A stretch of DNA of 32,000 bases from the NCBI GenBank assembly GCA_030614005.1, contig JAUWKS010000035.1, positions 1 through 32,000 on the forward strand. The letters are read 5' to 3'. A program made the translations under genes and the position numbers. Under the pieces are notes generated by a model. The model saw only the letters and a program-made list of their open reading frames with translations, did not search any database and was not told where the DNA came from. The stretch's first letter is position 1; every line of letters begins with the position of its first letter. Below are positions 17,202 to 25,892 of the stretch, one piece after another. This DNA comes from Candidatus Heimdallarchaeota archaeon (GTDB lineage: Archaea; Asgardarchaeota; Heimdallarchaeia; JABLTI01).

Positions 17202-19382
17202 TTGAACGTACCCCGAGATTTCAAAGTCTCAGAAATTGAAAAACTCGTTTACAAAGGACTGTTTGATAAGGCAATAGATACGATTAGCAAAAAAATTACA
17301 AATAGAGATTTAACTATTGATGAAAAATTGAGATTACTTATTCTTAATAGTAATGTAACATACAGACAGGGGAGATATAAGGATTCATTAGTATTGGCAG
17401 AAGAAGCACTGGAAAAGTGTCAAAAGTATAATGATCCTTTACTCGAAACAGATGCATTAATTGAAGTAGCTTCTTCATTATATCGTCTTGGTCGTTTTGA
17501 CGAAAGTTTGGCAATTGTTGAGCGAGGTGAAGAAATTCTTCAAAAGCATGCTGATGTGGAAACTCTACCAGGTAACTCCAGAATGGGTGGGTTGATCAAT
17601 ACAAAAGCCTATATTTATCTTTATACGGGGCAAATAGATCAAGCTTTGAAATTCTATTTAAAACATATTCCAATTTTAGAAAAAAATGCTAACAAAGAAC
17701 ACATTGCTACTGCATTGATAAATATGGGGTTGATAAACAAGGCCAAAGGAAATCTAAAACGAGCACTGATCTATTGCGAAGAAGGGTTGAAATTGAGAGA
17801 AAAAATTGGCAATAAGCAGGATATTGCAGTTGCTTTGAATAATGCTGGGTTGGTTTTACTTTCAAAAGGTGAGTATGATCGTGCATTAGACTATTTCAGT
17901 AAAGGCTTGAAAACTTTCTAGTATACTAATAATAAACATCATATTGCTATGTCCCTAAATAATATTGGACTTATATTTTTGGAAAAGAGTAATTTTGACA
18001 ATGCATTCATTAATTTCAAAAAAGCACTTCTCGCTTTCACTGAAATAGGAAATAAACATAATATTGCTACAACAACAAATAATCTAGGTATTATCTGTCA
18101 TCAGAAAGGAGACTTTGATCAAGCATTAGAATATATGAAACAAAGTTTAGAAGTATTCAAAGAAATTAAGAATGAACAATTAACAGCTTATTTATTGTAT
18201 AATATCGGTTGTATTTACCATCAAAAAAGAAATTTGCCTTTATCTTTAGAATTTCTAAAAGAAAGTTTGGAAATAAAAGAAAAACTCAATAATAAAATTT
18301 CTATCTCTGAATCCCTATTTGAATTAATATATGTCTTTGTTGACATGAACTCCATTAATCAAGCAATGAAATATTTGAAGAAATTACAAGAGATCAATGA
18401 AGAAAACAAAAATAAACTGATTAACCAGTTAACTCTCGTTGGAGAAGGTTTGATACTAAAGAGTAGTAAACGAGCTCGTGATTTTGGAAGAGCCGAAGAA
18501 TTATTTGAACAAGTAGCCAATGACGAGATAATTAAACTAGAAATAACTATACTAGCAATGTTAAATCTTGGTGATTTATTTCTGAAGGAATTAACGCTCA
18601 ATAATGAAGAAGAAATATTTAATGATTTTAATTCCCTCGTTAAAAGATTGTATGAAATAGCAAAAGAACAAAAATCTCATTGGTTACAAGCAGAAACGTT
18701 ATGGTTAAAAGCGAAATTAAGATTAGTGAACTTGGAACCATTTGAAGCACAGAAACTATTAACACAAGCTGAACAAATCACCAAAGAAAGGGGATTAAAA
18801 AGATTAGCAATGAAAATCTCTAGTGAACTTGATGATATGCTTAAACAATATGATACGAAAGAGAAGATTGCGAAAAAAGAGATTTCATTGTCGCAAAGAA
18901 TGAAATCTGTTAATCTAGAAGGGCTAGTAAAGACAATGACTCGGATGGGTGATGTAGATGTTTCATCAAATAATATGGAAACACCAGTGCTTATGCTAAT
19001 AATGACAACAGATGGGTTAGCAATTTTCTCAAAGCAATTCGTCTCTGAGAAACTTGATGATTTGCAAATAGGGGGATTTTTATCATCAATGAATAGCTTT
19101 CTCCAAAGAACAATAGCACCTCTAGGAACAGTTGATCGAATTAAATATTTGAACTATACGTTGCTATTTAAGTCAATTGAGAATGTTCTCTTATGCTATA
19201 TCTTTAAAGGAGAATCATATTTTGCTCTCGAAAAAATTGATAATTTCTTGAAGGTTTTTCATGATTCATCACCAATTTGGCAATATATCAATGAATTCCT
19301 TCAAACAGGTCAACAATTCAATCCTGAAGCGACTTCAGTAGTGAATAATCTCATTGATGAAATTTTCCTAGCAAGTTCTTGA
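17202..19382 (+). pseudogene. TPR protein with C-terminal longin/roadblock-like domain, interrupted by one in-frame TAG at 17919-17921 (pseudogene, sequencing error or readthrough)
   Basis: Track ORFs 17202-17921 and 17949-19382 are in the same frame. Reading through gives YFSKGLKTF*YTNNKHHIAMSLNNIG, a continuous TPR repeat. C-terminal LMLIMTTDGLAIFSKQF...IGGFLSSMNSF is longin-like. Confidence 0.8.
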
Positions 19383-19509
19383 TGATATAAAAAGAGAAAA
19401 GGATTTGCTGGATTTCTACTTTCACTTAAACTTGTGTTGATTTTATTTATTATTTTACCATATTCTAAATAATTATAAACGACAAAAATAATCAATTAAT
19501 TGGTAAATA

Positions 19510-20826
19510 ATGACTGTAAAAGACTTGAAAAAAGAATCTTCTTCTAAAGAAGAAATCCATGAAGAAATGAAAAGATTGAAAAAAGCTGCTATTTCATCTT
19601 GCCAAAAAGGGGAGTTCCAATCAGCATTTGTATATACAAAAAGATTACAAAGACTTACTAATGAAACAAATAGTAAGACGCTTGAAGGACAAGCATATTT
19701 ACTTGATGCTCAAATTTATTTCACAATGGGTAATCATAAGAAAACGCTAGAACTGACTAAACAAATAATCAAGCAATTTTCAAAAATACCTGTTGTTAAA
19801 GCTTCCTGTTTTAATATAATTGGCTTAATACATTTAAATAGAGGAAATTTCAGTGAGAGTCAAAAATATTTTAAGAAAGCACTTAGAAAAATTAAAAGAG
19901 TTGAGAATTCACAGACTAATAGTTATCGGATTCTATGTAATGTATCAACTATTTATCGGATACAAGGTGATTTTGATAAATCATTATCTACTCTCAATAA
20001 AGTCATTGAGCTAAGTGTAAAAAAACAAGATGAACTTAGTTTACTTTTAGCCTATGGAAATACTGGCAATCTGTATTTGGACTTTCTTATGTATAAGGAA
20101 GCAATAGAAAATTTTCAATCCTGTATACACTATGCTGAAAAGATAAGTGCCCGAAAGCATATTTTAGAAGCTCTACCTCAACTATCTGAAGCTCTGATCA
20201 TGTTAGGTGACTATGAACAAGCTGAAAAAGAAATCAAAAAAGCAAAAACACTAGCTGAGGATCTTGGAATAACTCAATTAATAGCTCTTACAAAAACTAT
20301 CTCCGCTTTATGGTTATACAAAGCAAAAGGAGATCATAATGGTGCTCTAGCTATTGCAAATGAAGTAAATCAGCTTTTCCACACATCTGAAGAAATATTG
20401 GATTATGAATATTTAGTTAGAAATTTAGCGGTAAAAATTATGATAGAACTTGATTTGAATCTATTTCAAGAAGCATTAATTGATATTGAGGATGCATTAA
20501 AAATAATCACCAAATCAAATGCAATAGTCCAGACTATCATATTTTTAAATCTAAAAGGGTTAATTAAATCTTCAGAATTTAATTTTAAAGAAGCACAAAA
20601 AGTTTTACAAACAGCAATTCAGCTTGCAACTAAACATGGTATAAAAAACCATTTAGCAAAAACAAAATGTAATTTGGACTTAATTAAAAACATCGAAAAA
20701 GCTAATAAAGCATATGATGTTGCAATCTCAACTCAACAGAAAGAAGATAAGATGAACCTGGATAAAGTGGACTTACTCGTAATCATTAAGGATTATGTTG
20801 AATATGCTCTCCCAAAGATCAGTTAG
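19510..20826 (+). CDS. Tetratricopeptide-repeat protein, 438 aa (paralog B of 9849-11165)
   Basis: Same length as paralog A, with 40 of the first 60 aa identical by eye and a shared end (YVEYALPKI). The 58-nt upstream regions are also homologous. Confidence 0.9.
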   Translation: MTVKDLKKESSSKEEIHEEMKRLKKAAISSCQKGEFQSAFVYTKRLQRLTNETNSKTLEGQAYLLDAQIYFTMGNHKKTLELTKQIIKQFSKIPVVKASCFNIIGLIHLNRGNFSESQKYFKKALRKIKRVENSQTNSYRILCNVSTIYRIQGDFDKSLSTLNKVIELSVKKQDELSLLLAYGNTGNLYLDFLMYKEAIENFQSCIHYAEKISARKHILEALPQLSEALIMLGDYEQAEKEIKKAKTLAEDLGITQLIALTKTISALWLYKAKGDHNGALAIANEVNQLFHTSEEILDYEYLVRNLAVKIMIELDLNLFQEALIDIEDALKIITKSNAIVQTIIFLNLKGLIKSSEFNFKEAQKVLQTAIQLATKHGIKNHLAKTKCNLDLIKNIEKANKAYDVAISTQQKEDKMNLDKVDLLVIIKDYVEYALPKIS

Positions 20827-20932
20827 ATTCTTTTTTTATCTATCTAGTTTTTTTCTCTTTTTCTTCAATTCGATAGGTCCAGTTGTAGACTTCAAATTTC
20901 TTGAAAAAAATTCAACAATAAAGTCTCTAAAT

Positions 20933-21103
20933 AATCTGCTAGAAGAGCATTTATTCATCAACTATTTGTACCCCATGAAATTGAATAGAATAAAACTGAA
21001 TGAAATCAGCCTACAAGATAACAACGTTGCAAAAGTGCTTGATAATTACCTTGAAAACTTCGATGAAGAAGCTACATTAGATATTCATCAGCTAATTGCT
21101 AGG
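20933..21103 (+). pseudogene. Remnant copy of the 3' part of the 946-aa surface/longin gene
   Basis: Near-identical to 14209-14376 (LLEEHLFINYLYPMKLN...VLDNYLENFD.EATLDIHQLI). It lacks all upstream domains. Confidence 0.85.
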
Positions 21104-21247
21104 GCATGAATGAATGAACTACTTTTTCGAATTTTCAAAAGACTAGTTTAAACTAACCAAATAAAAAACAAATTTTACTTAAAAAGTGTTTATCCAAAAA
21201 GTATTTCAATAATTTAACAGTAACTGATGTTCAAGGACGAGTTTATA

Positions 21248-21601
21248 ATGACCAGGGTGCTAATAGTAGAAGATAATACAAATCTACGAATGATTTTTAA
21301 GATGATTCTAAGTGATGACTTCGAAACTTTCGAAGCAAAAAATGGACTAGAAGCAATTGAGCAATATAATCAACATTCCCCTGATTTAGTTTTAATGGAT
21401 ATCCTTATGCCTGAAATGGATGGCATTGAAGCAACAAAAGAGATAATGAAGATAAATTCTGAAGCAAAAATTGTCGCAATAACAGCTTATTCTTCAAGGT
21501 CGGACGAAATAATTCAAGCAGGGGCAATTGAAGTTCTTAAGAAACCGATTAGAAAGAATGTTCTTATTCAGAAAGTTAAGGAATTTGTCGGTACTGCTTA
21601 A
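21248..21601 (+). CDS. Single-domain response regulator (CheY-like)
   Basis: MTRVLIVEDN...DLVLMDILMPEMDG...AITA...VLKKP, with all conserved receiver residues present. The ORF is open from 21227. Confidence 0.95.
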   Translation: MTRVLIVEDNTNLRMIFKMILSDDFETFEAKNGLEAIEQYNQHSPDLVLMDILMPEMDGIEATKEIMKINSEAKIVAITAYSSRSDEIIQAGAIEVLKKPIRKNVLIQKVKEFVGTA

Positions 21602-21815
21602 ATTAGATAAATACTATCTATTAACCTTGTATTTCATGAAATATGTTTACAAACAACAATTTTACTGTTTGAGCTATAAGGTTTGGTTCAATAATTTATT
21701 CTTAGTATTAAACTATTATCTGAAGTTACTTTATTTGTTCTAAATTTGGTTAAAAGAATTTTTATACAACAATGAACTATTAAAGTTATTATTTACATAG
21801 ATAGGTGGAAGGTTA

Positions 21816-24800
21816 ATGAATGATAGTAATTTAGAATTAATTTTAGATGCTATGCCAGGTGGATTACAAATTCTAAATGAGAAAGGAAAATGTACGCATG
21901 TGAATAAAGTTTTTCTAAAAATGTTAGGAAGAAAAAAAGCTGATTTTATAGGGAAAGCATTTTGTGAAGTATCACCACCAATTACTAGTCCCAAATACAG
22001 CAAAACTATAGCTACGCAGATTAAAAAGCAATTAAAAACCGGAGAATCAAAATCCAGATTAGAAATTGATATTATTGACAGATCTGGTAAAAAAATATTT
22101 GTTCATTTTATTTCAAATGTGTTACAAGATGATAAAGGGAAAATTAGTGGAATTCTATGTGTTTTTCGCGATAGAACTGTAGAAAAACAGGCAACAGAAC
22201 ATCTCGAAGCTAGAACTAAAGAATTGGGCGAGTCTGAAGAGTGGTTATCTACAATGCTTAGGTGTATAGGAGATGCCATTATTGCTACGGACTCTAAAGG
22301 TAATGTTAGATTTTTAAATCCCGTGGCTGAAAGCCTAACAGGTTGGAAACAATCTGATGCAATAAAAAAACCGGTTCAAGAAATATTTAATATCATTAAT
22401 GAAAAATCTCGTGAAGAAGTGGAGAATCCTGTAGAAAGAGCTATACGCGAAGGTGTTGTCGTAGGCTTAGCTAATCATACAATCCTACTATCTAAAGATG
22501 GAAAGGAAATACCAATTGACGATAGTGGTGCGCCAATAAAAGATAAAGAAGGGAACATCACAGGCGCTGTTTTAATTTTTCGAGATATCACCGAGCGCAA
22601 GAAGGCAGAGGAAGAACTTAATATAAAAGATATTGCTTTCTGTGCTTCTCTTTCTGCTCAAAGCATAGCTGACAAAAATGGAATAATCTATCTTGTTAAT
22701 CCTGCATTTATAGAATTATGGGGTTATAGTTCATCTGAAGAAGCAATTGGAAATTCAGTTGGTAGTTTTTTCTTTAATTCTAACGATGCTGAACCAATCC
22801 TTAAAGCACTCACAGAAACAGGCCAATGGAAAGGAGAATTTTTAGCAAAGAAACAAGATGGATCTAAGTTTATTTCACAAGGTTTTGCCTCTGCTATTTA
22901 TAGCGATAAGGGAGAACACATTGGATTTCAATCTGCTAATCTCAATATTACTGAGCGCAAGAAAGTAGAGGAAGAACTTGAGCAGAAAACAATGGAGTTA
23001 AATGAACGGTATAAAGAACTTAATTGTCTCTATGGGATTTCCAAACTAAAATCCAAAGAGAATTTATCACTAGAAGATTTTATTATGAAATCAGTTGAGC
23101 TAATTCAACCTGCCTTACAATACCCAGAAATTACTTGTGCTAGAATTATTCTAGAAGAAAAAGAGTATAAAACAGCAAACTTTAAAGAAACTCAATGGTG
23201 TTTGAATGCTAGTATTATAACTCGCGAAAGGAAAATAGGACTTTTGGATATTTGTTATTTGGAAGAAAAACCGATTCTTTTCGAGGGGCCCTTTCTCAAA
23301 GAAGAAAGGAATTTGATTAATTCTTTAGCGATATTTATTGGTGATTACATAACCAATTTACAAGTTGATAAAGAGTTGAAAAAATATTCTGAACAACTGG
23401 AAGAAATGGTTGAAACTCGTTCAAAACAATTTATTGAAAGTGAGAATCGCTTAAATGAGTTTATCAACTCATCAACAGAAATATTTATTCTTTTGGATTC
23501 CGAATTGAATTTTAAAATGATTAATGATATAGGATTGAAATTTTATGGATTAACTCAAAAGGAATTTATAAATCGAAACATATCTGAGATAATTCCGGGA
23601 TTTAAACAAACAGCAAGATACAAAGAATATTACAATGTGATTAAAACAGGTATTTCTGTTTCATTTGATGATACTATCACTTTCAACAATAGAGAAATAG
23701 TTCTTAATATTAGAGCATTCAAAGTAGTCGAAGGGCTTGGTCTAATTTATACTGATATTACTGAGAAACATTTAGCTGAGGAAAAGCTTCGAAAAAGTGA
23801 AGCCAGTCTTTCTTTAGCCCAACGAATTGCTCATTTAGGTAGTTGGGATTTGGATATTATAAATAATATTTTGACTTGGTCTAATGAGGTTTATCGAATG
23901 TTTGATTTAACTCCCCAAGAGTTTGCAGCAACACATGAAGCATTTATGGAAAGGGTTCATCCCGATGATAGAGAAATAGTTCAAGCTGCTGTTGATAAAG
24001 CATGGGAGGATAAAGGGCTATATAGCATAGACCATCGGATTATATTAAAAGATGATTCAGAACGTTTTGTTCATGAACACGCCGAAATAATTTCTGATGA
24101 ACATGGTAATGCAATTAGGATGATTGGGACAGTTCAAGATATTACTGAGAAAAAATTGTTGGAAGAAAAAATCGCAAAACAAGAAAAGCTTGCTCTTCTT
24201 GGACGTTTAGTTGGTGGAATAGGTCACGAACTTCGCAACCCATTGGGTTCAATAAAGAACGCAGCATACTTCCTTAAACTGGTTATCGACGATGCGGATC
24301 CTGAAGTGAAAGAAACTCTAACGATACTAGAAAAAGAAGTTAATGCTAGTGAGAAAATCATTACTAACCTTCTCAGTTTCGCTAGCACAAAACCACTTGT
24401 TAAGGTAAAAATTAATATCAATGAAATTATCGAAAAAACCTTAGCACACATTGTAGTACCAAATAATATTAAAATTGAAACCCGGTTGAGCAAGAAGATA
24501 CCAATTGTTTATGCTGATCCAGATCAGCTCACTCAAGTTCTTCTAAACCTCATAAACAATGGTATCCAAGCAATAGAAAATGAAGGAAAATTAATCATAA
24601 AAACTTCTTCTAAAGATTCCGAATCAATTGTGATAGAAATATCGGATACTGGAATCGGTATGAGCAAGGAAGTTCAAAAAAGACTTTTCGAACCACTTTA
24701 TACTACTAAAGCCAAAGGTATTGGTCTTGGTTTAGTAATTACAAAAACGATTATTGAAAAGCATAATGGAAATATCCAAATTCAAAGTGAAGTGTCAAAA

Positions 24801-24851
24801 GGTAGTACATTCACAATAAACTTACCCATCGGTTTAAGTAAGAAGGGATAA
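21816..24851 (+). CDS. Multi-PAS/GAF sensor histidine kinase
   Basis: Several PAS/PAC repeats. H-box GHELRNPLGSI, N-box NLINNGIQA, G1 DTGIGM, F-box LFEPLYTTK, G2 GIGLGL. Confidence 0.95.
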   Translation: MNDSNLELILDAMPGGLQILNEKGKCTHVNKVFLKMLGRKKADFIGKAFCEVSPPITSPKYSKTIATQIKKQLKTGESKSRLEIDIIDRSGKKIFVHFISNVLQDDKGKISGILCVFRDRTVEKQATEHLEARTKELGESEEWLSTMLRCIGDAIIATDSKGNVRFLNPVAESLTGWKQSDAIKKPVQEIFNIINEKSREEVENPVERAIREGVVVGLANHTILLSKDGKEIPIDDSGAPIKDKEGNITGAVLIFRDITERKKAEEELNIKDIAFCASLSAQSIADKNGIIYLVNPAFIELWGYSSSEEAIGNSVGSFFFNSNDAEPILKALTETGQWKGEFLAKKQDGSKFISQGFASAIYSDKGEHIGFQSANLNITERKKVEEELEQKTMELNERYKELNCLYGISKLKSKENLSLEDFIMKSVELIQPALQYPEITCARIILEEKEYKTANFKETQWCLNASIITRERKIGLLDICYLEEKPILFEGPFLKEERNLINSLAIFIGDYITNLQVDKELKKYSEQLEEMVETRSKQFIESENRLNEFINSSTEIFILLDSELNFKMINDIGLKFYGLTQKEFINRNISEIIPGFKQTARYKEYYNVIKTGISVSFDDTITFNNREIVLNIRAFKVVEGLGLIYTDITEKHLAEEKLRKSEASLSLAQRIAHLGSWDLDIINNILTWSNEVYRMFDLTPQEFAATHEAFMERVHPDDREIVQAAVDKAWEDKGLYSIDHRIILKDDSERFVHEHAEIISDEHGNAIRMIGTVQDITEKKLLEEKIAKQEKLALLGRLVGGIGHELRNPLGSIKNAAYFLKLVIDDADPEVKETLTILEKEVNASEKIITNLLSFASTKPLVKVKININEIIEKTLAHIVVPNNIKIETRLSKKIPIVYADPDQLTQVLLNLINNGIQAIENEGKLIIKTSSKDSESIVIEISDTGIGMSKEVQKRLFEPLYTTKAKGIGLGLVITKTIIEKHNGNIQIQSEVSKGSTFTINLPIGLSKKG

Positions 24852-24855
24852 TACA

Positions 24856-25599
24856 ATGTCAAATACGAACATTCTGATAGTAGATGATAACATAAATCTC
24901 TCTAAAACCCTGGCTTTTATCTTGCAAAAGAAAGGTTATTCTATAGATACTGCTGAAAGTGGTGCTGAAGCTATTGCAAAAATCAAAGAAAAAAGCTATT
25001 ATCTAATCTTTCTCGATATCAAAATGAATGTAATGAACGGTGTTGAAGCTTTTAAGAAAATTAAGGAAATCGATTCTAATGTCGTTGTAATAATGATGAC
25101 AGCTTATGCTGTTGAAGATTTAATCCAAGAAGCGTTGAAGGAAGGAGCATTTGGAATTCTATACAAACCGTTGAATTTCAATAAATTAATCTCTCTTATT
25201 GAAAAATCTAAGGAAGAACAAGCTAGCATCCTCATCAGTATAATAGATGATAGTGAAGGAATAAGAACTACCTTAGAAAACATCTTTAATAAAAAAGGCT
25301 ATAAAACTACAGTTGCTGAAACAGGAGAAGAAGCTATAGCTTTTGCAAAGACAAATCAATGCGATGTATTTATCATCGATATGAAACTTCCAACAATAAA
25401 TGGACTGGAAACTTACTTAGCTCTTAAATATATTTGTCCAAAAGCAGTTGCTATACTAATATCTGGTCATAGTCAAGAAATGGATGACTTGATAAATTCA
25501 GCTCTAAGTCAAACTGCCTATACCTGTTTGCAGAAACCGCTTGACATGGAAGTTCTTTTGCAAATTGTTGATGGAATTCGCACCGATTTAAAAAATTGA
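24856..25599 (+). CDS. Tandem double-receiver response regulator (REC-REC)
   Basis: ILIVDDN...IFLDIKM...MMTA...LYKP, then ISIIDDS...FIIDMKLP...LISG...LQKP. It starts 4 nt after the kinase stop. Confidence 0.95.
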   Translation: MSNTNILIVDDNINLSKTLAFILQKKGYSIDTAESGAEAIAKIKEKSYYLIFLDIKMNVMNGVEAFKKIKEIDSNVVVIMMTAYAVEDLIQEALKEGAFGILYKPLNFNKLISLIEKSKEEQASILISIIDDSEGIRTTLENIFNKKGYKTTVAETGEEAIAFAKTNQCDVFIIDMKLPTINGLETYLALKYICPKAVAILISGHSQEMDDLINSALSQTAYTCLQKPLDMEVLLQIVDGIRTDLKN

Positions 25600-25892
25600 A
25601 ATTTGTCTTGTATTTTTATGGTAAATTAGATATTAAGCAAATATTGTTATCAAAAACTGATTTGAGAAATTAGCTTATATTTTAATTTACCTATTGTAAA
25701 TGAACAATTATACTTAGATAAAAATGAAATTTCATTATGAGATATAGATAATGTTCCAAAACAAACTTTTATTATTAAAAATATCTATTATAATAATTTA
25801 AAGAGATGAGATAATATCTGAATGAACCAATAAAAATCTAATTTGTATTCATTTCGATAATAAGCAATGTTTTCCTATTAAACAATAGCTTT

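Noticed and set aside
9791-21103. Mobile element or prophage explaining the duplication
   Set aside because: No transposase, integrase, terminal inverted repeats or target-site duplication were seen.
20795-21109. 104-aa ORF as a functional gene
   Set aside because: It overlaps the TPR stop, its first half is T-rich spacer sequence and its second half is the duplicated relic of 14209-14376.
22590-22601. 12-nt exact match (accgagcgcaag) between RNA arm P5 (8891-8902) and the kinase gene
   Set aside because: Same orientation (not antisense), it encodes the common PAS linker TERK, and a few 12-mer matches are expected by chance between 240 nt and 32 kb of biased sequence.
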